This document shows, in pieces, positions 50,908 to 62,011 of a DNA stretch of 64,000 nucleotides; the first letter of the stretch is position 1; the number at the start of each line of letters is the position of its first letter. This DNA comes from a virus. A program made the position numbers and the translations under genes. The stretch lies in IMG/VR virus record IMGVR_UViG_3300037071_003688. One strand, 5' to 3'. The notes beneath the pieces were generated by a model. It worked only from the letters and a program-made list of their open reading frames with translations. It made no database searches and was not told the origin of the DNA.

Positions 50908-52521
50908 ATGAGCAAGTTCGCTCAAACCGCCACGACCGCCCGCCCGCAGGGGCCGCTGCACACCCTCCCCGGTGTTCAGACGCGCACCCACGAGGGCGGT
51001 CTCGGCTTCGTCAAGGACGCCCGCACCGAACTGTTCTCGCTCGGCGTCGCGAACTTCGTCGCCGAAGACACGTACTACGAGAAGGCCGGTGTCCGCGACA
51101 AGCGGTTCACGGATCTCGTGCGCGAGGTCACGGCACTCGACCCGGACTGGGTCGCGCACTTCATTCCGTGGCTCCGCCAGGAAGCGAACATGCGCACCGC
51201 TTCGGTGGTCGCCGCCATCGAGTACGCCCGCGCCGCTCCCGGCACGAACGGCCGCGCAGTGATCGCGCAGACGCTCACGCGCGCCGACGAACCAGCCGAG
51301 GCGCTCGCCTACTGGATGTCGCTCTACGGCCGCAAGATCCCCAAGGCCGTCAAGCGCGGCATCGCCGACGCCGTCGTCAAGCTGTACACGCAGAACGCCG
51401 CCATGAAGTACGACTCGCGCGACGCCAAGATGCGGATGGGTGACGTGATCGACCTCGTCCACCCCAACCCGCACGACGCGCTCCGCTACTGGGAGCAGGA
51501 CGACATGGGCATGTCGGACAGCGACGTGGAACTCCTCAAGGACCGCGTCGTGGAGCGCAAGCGCGCCCTGTTCCAGTACCTCCTCGACAAGCGCCACGGC
51601 CGCGACAACCCGCGCGGCCTCGACCGGCTCGGCAAGATCTCGGCCCGCAAGGACGCGATCAAGGCCGCGGCCGAGGGCGGCGAGTTGGACGTGACGACGG
51701 GCATGACGTGGGAGACCGCGTTGTCGCTCGGCGGCTCGAACGCGGAGACGTGGCAGAAGGTCATCCCGCAGATGGGCTACATGGCTCTGCTGCGCAACCT
51801 GCGCAACTTCGAGGACGCCAAGCTGCCCGCCAACGTCCTCATGCAGGTCGCGTCGACGCTGGCCGACCCCGAGCAGGTCGCCAAGTCGCGCCAGTTCCCG
51901 TTCCGGTTCCTGTCGGCGTGGTCGGCGTCCGGCTCGATGATGTGGGGTCAGGCGCTCGAACTCGCGCTCGAAGCGTCGTGCGCCAACATCCCCGAGTTCC
52001 CGGGCAAGACGCTGATCATGGTCGACGTGTCGGGTTCGATGGACGGCAAGATGTCGGCCAAGTCGACGGTGTCGCGCAAGGTCGCCGGTGCCGTATTCGG
52101 CGCGGCCGTGATGAAGCGGTCGGCTCCCGGCTCGAAGCTCGGCGTGTACGCCACGCTGTGCGCCGTGCAGGACAAGCCACGCTCGGTCCTGCGCACCGCC
52201 GAGGAGATCGGCAAGCTGTCGGGCGTCGGCGGTCACGGCACGAACACGTGGCCATCGACGTGGATGCTGTGGCAGGAGTACGGCCCATTCGACCGGATCC
52301 TCATCTTCACCGACGAGCAGCACCACCCATCGCACATCACGGCCGGTTCGTTCCCCAAGGACGTCCCGATCTACGTGTGGTGCCTGGGCGGCTACCGTCC
52401 GGCGTCGCTCGACCTCGGCACGGGCCGCTACCTGCTCGCCGGTCTCAACGACCAGTGCTTCAAGCTGATCAAGATCCTCGAAGCCGGGTCCGAGGGACGC
52501 TGGCCGTGGGAGGTCGACTGA
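50908..52521 (+). CDS. rsr: Ro60/Rsr-like TROVE + vWA RNA-binding protein
   Basis: THEGG.GF..D...ELF, EDTYYE, WLRQEANMR, RADEPAE, KIPKAVKRGIADA, KYD, MGYMALLRNLRNF, KSRQFPFRFLSA; vWA MIDAS DVSGSM, GT and FTDEQ. Confidence 0.95.
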   Translation: MSKFAQTATTARPQGPLHTLPGVQTRTHEGGLGFVKDARTELFSLGVANFVAEDTYYEKAGVRDKRFTDLVREVTALDPDWVAHFIPWLRQEANMRTASVVAAIEYARAAPGTNGRAVIAQTLTRADEPAEALAYWMSLYGRKIPKAVKRGIADAVVKLYTQNAAMKYDSRDAKMRMGDVIDLVHPNPHDALRYWEQDDMGMSDSDVELLKDRVVERKRALFQYLLDKRHGRDNPRGLDRLGKISARKDAIKAAAEGGELDVTTGMTWETALSLGGSNAETWQKVIPQMGYMALLRNLRNFEDAKLPANVLMQVASTLADPEQVAKSRQFPFRFLSAWSASGSMMWGQALELALEASCANIPEFPGKTLIMVDVSGSMDGKMSAKSTVSRKVAGAVFGAAVMKRSAPGSKLGVYATLCAVQDKPRSVLRTAEEIGKLSGVGGHGTNTWPSTWMLWQEYGPFDRILIFTDEQHHPSHITAGSFPKDVPIYVWCLGGYRPASLDLGTGRYLLAGLNDQCFKLIKILEAGSEGRWPWEVD

Positions 52522-52524
52522 GCC

Positions 52525-52851
52525 GTGGCTCAGTTCGCGATTCCGAGTCGGGACCGCGAGACCATCTACATCGAAGGTGAACTCCTCGGCGAAGCCTCAT
52601 CGAGGGAACCAGGCAAACCTCGATGGGGCGAGTACCGGCTATTCCGGCTGACTCTCGGCGGGGGCTACGTCCTCGCCGGGGTCGGCCGCTCCTCGATCGC
52701 GGGCGAGGTCGACCGACCGTGGTTCAAGCCCTGCGAGACAGAGGATGCTGTCGTGCGCGCGTTGCTGTACGAGAGACGCCCGGGTGTGTGGGTGCTGCCA
52801 CCATCCGGGCGTCTGCTATTGGAACGGGCCGGGCTGTCAGCGCCCGACTAG
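52525..52851 (+). CDS. hypothetical protein co-oriented with the Ro60 gene
   Basis: GTG 3 nt after the Ro60 stop; GELLGEASS...RW.EYRLFR...GGYVL..VGRS. Confidence 0.6.
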   Translation: MAQFAIPSRDRETIYIEGELLGEASSREPGKPRWGEYRLFRLTLGGGYVLAGVGRSSIAGEVDRPWFKPCETEDAVVRALLYERRPGVWVLPPSGRLLLERAGLSAPD

Positions 52852-52852
52852 G

Positions 52853-53071
52853 TCACGGCACGGTCACCGTGAAGCGTGTGCCATCGGCCGACTCGGTGAT
52901 CTCGCCGGGCGAGCACCAGCCGAAGTCGTAGCCGAACCCGGCCATCTCGACGGCGCGAGCCGCCGCAACCTTCGACGCCTTCTCGGCGTCGGCGAGGTTG
53001 TCGTAGGTGTACCAGCCGACCTTGCAGCCGGACCGACGCTCGATCGGCGTCGGGTACTTGGGCATCTCCAT
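52853..53071 (-). CDS. small hypothetical protein (one of two minus-strand genes)
   Basis: Minus-strand leader GTGGGAGG..CCTCCCAC-GGGAAGGAAACCGCCACG-ATG, the same architecture as + strand early leaders. Confidence 0.65.
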   Translation of the reverse strand: MEMPKYPTPIERRSGCKVGWYTYDNLADAEKASKVAAARAVEMAGFGYDFGWCSPGEITESADGTRFTVTVP

Positions 53072-53130
53072 CGTGGCGGTTTCCTTCCCGTGGGAGGCGT
53101 CTCCTCCCACATCAACATCGTAACACGGGT

Positions 53131-53170
53131 GTCAAGTCTGTTGACAAACCGTGGACGATCTGCGCATAAT
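53131..53170 (+). promoter_or_regulatory. class I promoter with perfect palindrome
   Basis: GTCAAGTCTGTTGACA-18-CATAAT. Confidence 0.85.
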
Positions 53171-53634
53171 GATGGTGGACATGGAAACCACCACCAACTA
53201 CATCACCGTCTTCCCGGCGACGAACAATCGGCGGGGCTGGATGGTCGCCACCCGCGACGGCGCGAACATCCGCCACGTCCGTTTGGAGACGGCTTCGATC
53301 CACGACCCCGAGGCCGCACGAGCCGAGGCAGCCAAGCTGTTCCCCGGCAAGGCGATCTACATGGCCGGTGACACGGTCAAGCCGTGGGAGGCGGCTGCTT
53401 GATGCCACGAACCCTCACCGCCCGCTACACCGGGACCTGCCGCCGCTGCGACGGCCCGATCACCCCGGGCGACACCATCCTGTTCCTCGGCAAGCGCAAC
53501 ACCGTCCACGAGAACTGCGCCGAGCGGGCCGAGTCGGGCGTGATCGAGATCTACTTCCCCTCGACCGGCAACCGGATCACCCGCAACCGGCGGGGCACCT
53601 GCGAAGACGCCCCGGCGTGTGGATGCTGCACCTT

Positions 53635-54033
53635 CTAACGAGCGAGGTACGCCGCAGCCCGAGCAACGATCTCCGGATCATCGTGCCAGATCCCGATCGC
53701 TCGATTGCACAGTCGACAGAGCAGCCCGCGCACCCTCCCCGTCGCGTGGTTGTGGTCAACGCCGAGGCGGAACCGGCTCGACGGATCGAGGTCGCCCGGT
53801 GCCAGGCAGATCGCGCAGCACCCGCCCTGAGCGGCAACCATCGCGTCGTAGTCGGCCTGTGTCAGCCCGTAGCGCCGCAGCTTGATGTCGCGCCGGACGC
53901 GCTGTGCCTGCTCGGGATGCGCACGGCTGTGTTCCCGGCGTTTCTCGTGCTCGCACGCCTTGCACTGCTTCGAGCGCCTGCTGGCGTAGAACTCCGTCGA
54001 TGGCTTGTCGGCGCCGCATTCCGAGCAGATCAT
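53635..54033 (-). CDS. endonuclease VII domain protein (free-standing, homing-endonuclease-like)
   Basis: CSECG..K...FY...CKAC; RYGLT..YDAM...QGGCCAIC...VDHNHATGRVRGLLCRLCNRAIG. Confidence 0.9.
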   Translation of the reverse strand: MICSECGADKPSTEFYASRRSKQCKACEHEKRREHSRAHPEQAQRVRRDIKLRRYGLTQADYDAMVAAQGGCCAICLAPGDLDPSSRFRLGVDHNHATGRVRGLLCRLCNRAIGIWHDDPEIVARAAAYLAR

Positions 54034-54060
54034 GCGACCATGCTACAGCCGTAGGTGCTG

Positions 54061-54100
54061 GTCAACTCTGTTGACAAACCGTGGACATTCTGCGCATAAT
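54061..54100 (+). promoter_or_regulatory. class I promoter with perfect palindrome
   Basis: GTCAACTCTGTTGACA-18-CATAAT. Confidence 0.85.
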
Positions 54101-54673
54101 AATGGTGTGAGGGAAGGTCCCTCCGCTGAAAGGATCCGGATGTTGAGCAACTGGGGCGCCTACCCCGTCGAGCGGTTGAGACCGGACAGCGAGACCTGGG
54201 AGAGGGGCACGTGCTACCTCGGCTCGTGGGCCGACACCCTCCTACGAGCCGCCTACGAGCGTGGCGAGGACGAAGCGGTCACCGCCGATGGCTGGCGGTA
54301 CAGGTACGCCTACGACAGATGAAAGGAACCACATGACAGACTTCGACCGAATCGCCGAGGCTTTCGCTGATGAGTTCGGCCGCACTCCACCGATGCATTG
54401 GGAGGTCTGCGGCGCCTGTAGCGGCCGGGGCATCATGACGTTGAAGCGGCTGGCGATCTCGTCCGAGGACTTCGACGCCGACCCGGACTTCCGGGAGGAT
54501 TACTTCAACGGGGTGTACGACGAGCCGTGCGACGAGTGCCGGGGCCGCACCACCGTCTCGGTGATAGACGAGAGCCGCCTGACGACCGCGGAGGTCGCCT
54601 GGGTCGAGGAGTGGTGGGCCGACGAGCGGGACTACGCAGCGTTGGTCGCGATGGAACGCCGGATGGGTTGCTG

Positions 54674-54991
54674 ATGACCACCATCGGCTACACGAACTAC
54701 ACGAACCTCGATGCCTACTTCGGGCGGGGCTACCGACGCGGCGACCGGCTCGTCAAGGGCTACAGCGGCGAGATCGAGATCAGCGACTTGGAGTACGACC
54801 TGGAAGCGATCTTCGCTCGCCACAACCGTGACGACCGCCCAGACGGCAGGCTTTGCCCGTCGATGTCGGTCGGCGATGTAATCATCCTCGGCGAGGGTGC
54901 CTTCACCGTCGAGAGCGAGGGGTTCAGCCCGATCAACCTCGACCTGCGAGATCTGATCACCGACCGCACATGGAGCGAGGTCGACCGATGA
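54674..54991 (+). CDS. YodL-like domain protein
   Basis: LEAIFARHNRDDRP...PSMSVGDVIIL....FTVE..GF. Confidence 0.6.
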   Translation: MTTIGYTNYTNLDAYFGRGYRRGDRLVKGYSGEIEISDLEYDLEAIFARHNRDDRPDGRLCPSMSVGDVIILGEGAFTVESEGFSPINLDLRDLITDRTWSEVDR

Positions 54992-55396
54992 GCGCCGCCT
55001 GGATCGTTATCGGCTGGCCCGACGCCCACGACCGGCGCACCATCAGGAACCGGCGCACCGGCGAACTGATCGGCTACATCCGCTCGACACCGGACCCGGT
55101 CCGTTACTTCGCCGAAGATCGCAACGGCTTCCCGATCGAGGGGACGTTCTACACCCGCCACAACGCGCTCGACGCGCTGATCGAATCGACACGGCGATGA
55201 TCTTCGAGGTCGACCATGAGCGCGACGGCTACTCCGTCGAGATCTACACCGAGCCGGACGCCAACGGCATGATGGACTTCCTCGGTCGGATCGACCTGTT
55301 CTCGGGCTGGCTGTACTTGGAGGATGGCCGCGAGTTCGAGATCCCGCACGCCCTCGTCGGGCGAGACGCCATCCGGGCGTGGGCCACCGCCAAACT

Positions 55397-55436
55397 GTGA
55401 AATGTGTTGACAAACCCGGGACGACCTGGGCATAAT
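55397..55436 (+). promoter_or_regulatory. class I promoter
   Basis: TTGACA-18-CATAAT. Confidence 0.85.
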
Positions 55437-55446
55437 GTAGTTGGAC

Positions 55447-56718
55447 ATGGAAACCACCACGATGACCACCAACCTGAGCTTCACTCCCATCGAGTCGACG
55501 CTCACCGGCGTGAGCATCCACCTCGCCGACTACCTGAACGTCAAGCTCGCCAAGATCAACAAGCGGCTCGCCAAGATCGGCGCTCCCGCCGCCACGTTGA
55601 CGTTCGGCCCGGAAGTCGAGCGCACCGAGACCGACGAGTTCACCGGTTTCAAGCGCACCTTCCGCGAGTTCGAGTTCGTCACGGTCACCGGCTTCGAGGC
55701 CAAGTTCGCCGGTTGGACCGGCGTCGCCGTCCTCGACTGGCGGCTCGACCCGCACGAGGCATTGGTCGCCAAGTTCCCCGGCGAGGAAGACACCGCCGTT
55801 AGCGAGGTGTTCGTCCGGGAGGGCGCCTGGTGCGACCACTGCAACAAGATCCGCTCCCGCAACACCACGGTCCTGTTCCGCCACGAGGACGGCACCGAGA
55901 TGCGGGTCGGCACTTCCTGCATCCTCGACTTCATCGGAGTCGACCCCTCCAACGTCACGTGGCTCGCCACCCCGATGTTCGGCGGCGCCGACGACGAGGA
56001 GGAGTTCCGGACCGGCGGTGGCCGCTTCGAGGTCTCGCCCGCCGAGTTCCTCGCCGCAGCCGCCGAGGCGACTCGCCTGTTCGGGTTCGTCAAGTCCCGC
56101 CCCGACACCGCATACGACACGCCGACCCGGTCGCACGCCGCGACGCTCTGCTACCGCCGCCTCAACGACTACGAGAAGAAACTGTACGCCGAGGTTGACC
56201 ACGGCCGGGGCGCCGCCGAGGCCGACAAGATCCTCGCCTGGGTCGATGAGGTCAACGACTTCTCCGACTTCATGCGCTCCGCCAAGCTCGCCTGCCGGGC
56301 CGATCGGGTCATCGACCGCACCGAGGGTCTGCTGGCGGCGCTGCCCTTCTCCTACATGAAGGCGATGGGCAAGCTCGCCGAGCGCAAGGCAGCCGCCGCC
56401 GCCAAGCCCACCGACTTCCTCGGAACGGTCGGCGAGAAGCTGACGGTCGAGGGCACCGTGACCTTCAAGATGGCGATGGAGCCTTACGCCTACAACGGGC
56501 CGACGCCCTATCGACTGACCATCGTCACCGACGACGGCTACACGCTCACGACGAAGGGTTCCGGCAACACCCTCTGGGAGGCCGAGGTTGGCGACCGGAT
56601 CACCTGGACCGGCAAGGTCATCGAGCTTGAGGATCACGAGAAGTGGGGCAAGCGGACCGAGTGCCGGATGGTCAAGATCAAGATCCTCGTCCCCGCCGCC
56701 GAGGCCACCGACGAATGA
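55447..56718 (+). CDS. large early phage protein with CxHC...VGxxC zinc motif and OB-fold-like C-terminus
   Basis: CDHCNKIRSRN...VGTSC; C-terminal FLGTVGEKL...TGKV...H. Confidence 0.7.
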   Translation: METTTMTTNLSFTPIESTLTGVSIHLADYLNVKLAKINKRLAKIGAPAATLTFGPEVERTETDEFTGFKRTFREFEFVTVTGFEAKFAGWTGVAVLDWRLDPHEALVAKFPGEEDTAVSEVFVREGAWCDHCNKIRSRNTTVLFRHEDGTEMRVGTSCILDFIGVDPSNVTWLATPMFGGADDEEEFRTGGGRFEVSPAEFLAAAAEATRLFGFVKSRPDTAYDTPTRSHAATLCYRRLNDYEKKLYAEVDHGRGAAEADKILAWVDEVNDFSDFMRSAKLACRADRVIDRTEGLLAALPFSYMKAMGKLAERKAAAAAKPTDFLGTVGEKLTVEGTVTFKMAMEPYAYNGPTPYRLTIVTDDGYTLTTKGSGNTLWEAEVGDRITWTGKVIELEDHEKWGKRTECRMVKIKILVPAAEATDE

Positions 56719-56732
56719 GAAAGGAAACCACC

Positions 56733-59700
56733 ATGACGACCGACGCCTGGACCGAAGCCCACCGCTTCCCGTTCAACACCGACGAGAACTGGTCCGAAAC
56801 CGAGGAAGGTCTGCTCACCATCCACGACATGAACCCGGGTCTGATCGCCCCCGGGATCGCCGCCCGAGTGATCTACGAACTGCGCCTCGACGTCGCCCGC
56901 CTCAACAGCGAGGCCATCGAGGTCACCGCCAAGTACCGGAGGGAACTCGCCCTCCGCCTGGCAGCCGAAACCGAACTGGCGCTGATCAAGACCGCCCTGC
57001 GAGACCTCACCGCATGAGAAAGGAAACCACCACGATGACCTGGAACTACCGCAAGTACGGCGGGCTGGTCACCTACACCACCGACATCAACACCTTCGCT
57101 TGTGTTGTCGAAGGCTGGGATGACGGACCGTGGAAGTGGTACGTCTACGAAGATCCGATGACCCACCACTACGGCGGGACGCCCGAGTCGGCCGGTGAGG
57201 AAGCCACCATCAAGGAAGCGATGGCCGCGGCCGAGAGCTACGCCACGGCGGTGACACGATGAGCGGCGAGATCACGATCACGATCGTGCCCGACTCCCCG
57301 TGCCCCGACTGCGGCGCCGCCTGGGGTCACCCGGACAAGGCGCTTGACTTCCCGAACCGCCCGAAGGTCGGCGACGCCGATGGGACCTGGTGGTGGAAGT
57401 GCTACAACCCCGCCTGCGCCCGGGACTACTACCTGCCGCTGCTCTAACCGAAAGGAAACCACCATGACCACCCACCGACTCGTGATCCTGAGCTACGAGG
57501 ATCCCACCTACCGCCACGTGATCGCCGAACGCGAGACCGAGGCGAGCCTGGCCCGCATCTCGGCCGGGGTCAACATCAACCTCAACCACGACGAGTTCTT
57601 CACCGAGATCGAGGAGGTCGACGGCGATGAGTGACACCCGCTGCCTGGAAGCCGGGCCGGACTGCCGGGGCCGGGTCGAGATGTGGACGACGGACGGCCT
57701 GCGCTACTGGCCGCGCTGCGACTTCCACGGCGAACGCCGCTTGGAGCGGTACGAGAACTCGCTCGAACGCTACGCCGATAGCCCGCTGGCGCCCGACTGG
57801 TTCGATCCGACCATCGCCGGTGAACGCTGGGACGACGACTACTGATGCTCAAGACTCCGTCAACAGAGTTGCCAACCTCGGACCATCGAGGTAAGGTTAA
57901 GTGCAAGAGAGGAGAGGAATGACCACGACATACACCCGCCGCTACTTCCTCGAAATACGCGGCTCCCCCGAGGTGGAAGTCACCGAGGCCGAGTTCGTCG
58001 CGGCTGAACGAGCGAACGGCATCAACCCCAGCTACGGCGAGGATCCGGACCGGCCCGTCACCGGCGGCTTCGGCAATGCTCGCATCCGTGCCCGCACGGA
58101 GACCATCTACAACTAGGAAAGGAAACCACCACATGGACACACTCGGATTCGGACTGCGCAACGCAGTCCCCAACACCGCCGAAGCGGCATGGGGCGCACG
58201 CTTCATCATCTACGCCGATGGCGGAGTCGACTTCGTTCCCAACCGGACCGACGTCGTCGGCACCACTGAGAGCAAGGCGGCACTGCTCGCACTGCTCAAC
58301 GAGAAGCTGCCGAAGCGGGCACTGATCGACATCATCAGCGCCAAGATCAAGGCGTACGAGATCTCGACACGAGAACCCAACGAGGTCGTCCTGTTCGACG
58401 CTGACGGACTCAAGGTCGTCGGCAACTCGAACGGCTCGCACGGCTACTTCTACGTCGCCGCCTTCCCCACCGCGAGCGTCGCATGAGCGCACTCCCTGTC
58501 GCACTTGACGACGGCCGATCGACCGTGGCACTGCGGATCCTGTCACACCGTGCCCGCAGGAACCTGACCCGGCTCGTGCCCGACCTGGACAACTGGTGCT
58601 CGATGCGCGACGGCCACGTGTTCCTCATGGCCAGCGACGATCTCGACGCCGCGCTGGACGCCATGCCGCGCTACTGCCGGGGTTCGATCCGGCCGCTCAA
58701 GCGCCTCCCATCCGGTGACGGTTGGGGCCGGGCATGGCGATCGGTGACGACATGAGGCTCAAGCCGTTCGCGGTGACGCTGACCTACTTCGTCGGCAACA
58801 TGGGCACGTCGTCCACCATCGACGTGTGGACGGCGACGGCGAAGGCGGCGCGCGAGTGCGGCGAGTCGTACGCCCGCGAGGAAGGCATCCCCGACGCCAC
58901 GATCACGGTCACCCCGCACCGTGAATACTCTTGACAACCCTAGTCCGGATGGGAGATAATACAGACGTGACAGAAACCACCACCATCTACCGGATCGCGG
59001 AGGGCACCGAGACCGCGGACGGCGTCAAGCCCGTCTGCGTGATGTTCGCACTCTGCGACAACGACGCCACCTTGCTGATCCCCCACCCGGTCCTCGACTG
59101 GGTGTTCTCGTGCGAACGCTGCGCCCGCAAGCTGGGCTACGACGTCAACGACAACCTGCTCACCGCCGACGTCAGCTTCGACTGAAAGGAAGCCACCATG
59201 ACCACCTCCACCCCCGCCGACATCAACCGGCTCGCCACCCTGCTCGAACGAATCGAGATCCTCGCCAACAAGATCGACATGCCATTCGAGACCGACGTCG
59301 GAGCGAAGTACATCCGAGTGGTCGACACGAGCTACAGCCGCTCGGTCCACGCCTTCGTTGATCGCGAGACCGGCGACCTGTTGAAGGCTGGCGGCTGGAA
59401 AGCCCCCGCCAAGCGTAAGGGCGGCCCGGCGACTGTCGGCAGCCTGCTCAACGACGACGACTTCGCCACCATCCTCGCCCGCGCCGACCGCTACGGCGGC
59501 TACCTCTACAAGCGTCCCTGACCGAAAGGAAACCACCACATGACCACCGACGATGACATGGTGTTCGACAGCCGATACGCGCTCTACGGGTACGCCAGGG
59601 CCGAGGCCGCTGACGCCCTCATTGACGAGTTCATCGCCACCCTCACCACCGAGGATCTCGACGGGATCCACAACGCTGTGAGCGATGAAGCCTGGGCGCT

Positions 59701-60801
59701 GGTCGACCGCTGCTCGACGTGGTGCGTCGCCCGCGGGATCGACATCAACGCCCTCGGGTTCTCCGACACGGCGTCGCGCGAGTGCTTCCTCGACGCCGCC
59801 TTCGAGCGCAACGCCGAGGCGCCGCTCACCGCGATCGAGGTGGCCGAGACGCTGATCAACGGCAACATCTCGACGGCGCGCGAAGCGATCGTGCTGAACC
59901 ACACCCCGCACGAGGTCGCCGTGTTCACCATCGACGTCGTGCTCGCCCTCGCCGAACTGAGCGGCGAGGCGGACGACGGAGGCGCCTTCGCCGAGGCGCT
60001 CGGGCGGGTCCGCAGGTGCGTGAACCGTGGCTGAGATCTGCGAGGCCACCGGCGGCGAGGCTTCCATCAGACGATGGCGATGCTGTTCGCGATGGGCGCG
60101 AGGCGCTCGGTCTCGTCAAGTGCCTGCTGCCCCGCGACATGTGGGACGCGCTCCCGGGCGGGGTCCCGTACTACGTCATCCTCGACAAGTCAACTCTCTT
60201 GACGAACCCGGGACGAGGCGAGTAGTGTTTCAAGAAATGAAAGGGAAACCACCATGAAACTGATCCTCAAGATCCCTGACGGCGTCGACCCGGTGCTGGC
60301 GATGGAAATGACCATCGACCGGATGGAGGCGCTCTCCGATGTCGGTCACTCGCCTGCGCCCGGCCCATCCCGATTCGATCTCGACTTCGGCATCGACCAC
60401 GGCCTCGGCTGGTGGAAGATCGAACCATGAGCGGCGTCGAACGCTTCGAGTACCCGCAGTCGCCCGGCGACTGCTACATCGAACTCGGCGAAGTGATCGG
60501 CGCCGGACTCGCCGACGACGACCGGCTGATCCTCGACGCTGACGGCGCCTCGAACTACATCGCCAACCTCATCAGCGGCTTCACCGGCGACGAGGTCGAC
60601 GGCGACGGCGACCCCTGGTCGATCGTCTGCGAACACCTCCACGGCCTGCTCCACAACCTGAGCGAGGCTCTGCACTACACGAACCCGGACGCGCCCTACA
60701 GCGATCTGGGCGACGCTGGTGTTCTCGTCCGCGAGTACCTCCGCGACGAGTACGGCCTCGAAGTCAACCCACCCGCCAAGCCCACCCCGCAACAGGAGTA
60801 A
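56733..60801 (+). other. early-type cluster of small genes (56733-57017, 57464-57634, 58133-58486, 59198-59521, 59540-60034, 60254-60430 etc.) with class I promoters at 57869, 58931 and 60199
   Basis: Repeated GAAAGGAAACCACC leaders and TTGACA/TTGCCA/TTGACG promoters. Confidence 0.6.
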
Positions 60802-60805
60802 CCCA

Positions 60806-61012
60806 ATGCCAACCACGCACCCACCGGTCACCATCAAGGATCCGGTCAATAGCTCGATGATCTGTGAACGACTCAAGATCGACGCGTCCGCGCTTTCGCA
60901 GTGGCAGACCCGCTACGAGACCTTCCCGGTACCGAAGCTCCACCTCGGCACGAACACGAAGATCTGGGAGTGGTCCGAGGTCAAGGACTGGCACAAGCAG
61001 AACCGCGGCTGA
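60806..61012 (+). CDS. AlpA/excisionase-like HTH protein
   Basis: AGGAG RBS; ICERLKIDASALSQWQTR..TFPVP......IWEWSEVKDW. Confidence 0.7.
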   Translation: MPTTHPPVTIKDPVNSSMICERLKIDASALSQWQTRYETFPVPKLHLGTNTKIWEWSEVKDWHKQNRG

Positions 61013-61374
61013 ACATCTGTTGTAGCGTCGCGGGCAGGCAACGACAACAGGAGGATGATCGTGGATGATGCGTGGGTAGTGCTGACGTGTCGTGACGGCG
61101 TGGCGGAGTATTGGGCGTGGTGTCGACCAAGACGCGACAGCCCCGGCTTCGATGAGATCTTCTACACACAGCGCGACGGGATCACCGCGTTCAGCCCGGA
61201 CGGCGACCAACTCCCGCAGTTGATGGGGCATGTGTTCACGCTCATGTTCCCGAGCGAGGGGGTTGCCTCGACGGGCGCCCGATTTCCCGAGCGGGTCGAC
61301 CTCCGGAGCAACGCCGAGTGGCGACCGGCCCCCCCGACGCTGGCGGTTGAGACGGATGCTGGGAGTCCCGGCTG

Positions 61375-62010
61375 ATGGGCGCGACGACGACGATGCGGGA
61401 ACTGGCAGCACTGTGGCCGGAACTGACGAGTGAGGAACGACTCAACTATCGGGTGAGGTTCGGCGACGACGTGTTGGAGATCATCTCGATAGAAGCTGGG
61501 GGTGAAGACGCGACAGTCCGCGGATACCAGTTGAACGGGCCGATGGCCGAGGAGCAGCGCGACGACAGATCCCGCGCGGCCCGGGTGAGAGTGTTCCCGA
61601 TCCGGATGGGGATCGAGATCCTCGACCGCGACGAACCCGTCGACAACGACGACCCCGGCCCGCCGCCGACGCTGCGCCTGGCCGACTCCGGTGACATCGA
61701 ACCGATCGAGCCACCCCCAGCGGCCTCCGTCGACGGCAGCACCATCGTGCCCTCGAACACCACGGCGGCGCCGCCTGAGAACTGGGCCGGTGACCCGGCC
61801 TACGCCCCCACGCCCGAGCCGCCTCGTTCGAGCGCGCTCGACATGCCCGTCGACACGTGGGCGAGCACCGCAGTTCGCCTCCCACACGAGATCCTGGATA
61901 GAGCCTCAAAGGAAGCCCGGCGGCGTGGCATTAGCCGCAATATCTTGATGGCTCATTTGCTTGACCAGGGGCTTTCCGGCCTCGAAGGCCGACCCCTCAT
62001 CGGTAACTGA
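61375..62010 (+). CDS. protein with C-terminal ribbon-helix-helix domain
   Basis: TAVRLPHEILDRASKEARRRGISRNILMAHLLDQGL. Confidence 0.6.
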   Translation: MGATTTMRELAALWPELTSEERLNYRVRFGDDVLEIISIEAGGEDATVRGYQLNGPMAEEQRDDRSRAARVRVFPIRMGIEILDRDEPVDNDDPGPPPTLRLADSGDIEPIEPPPAASVDGSTIVPSNTTAAPPENWAGDPAYAPTPEPPRSSALDMPVDTWASTAVRLPHEILDRASKEARRRGISRNILMAHLLDQGLSGLEGRPLIGN

Positions 62011-62011
62011 T

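Noticed and set aside
50548-56637. Long minus-strand ORFs (e.g. 50548-52335, 54760-56637) and similar ones elsewhere
   Set aside because: Antisense shadows of high-GC + strand genes, with no motifs, RBS or promoter.
60027-60225. Intact CDS as given in the ORF track
   Set aside because: Protein-like text (..HQTMAMLFAMG / EALGLVKCLLPRDMWDALPGGVPYYVI) is split across three frames, so it is a probable remnant or error and was not called.
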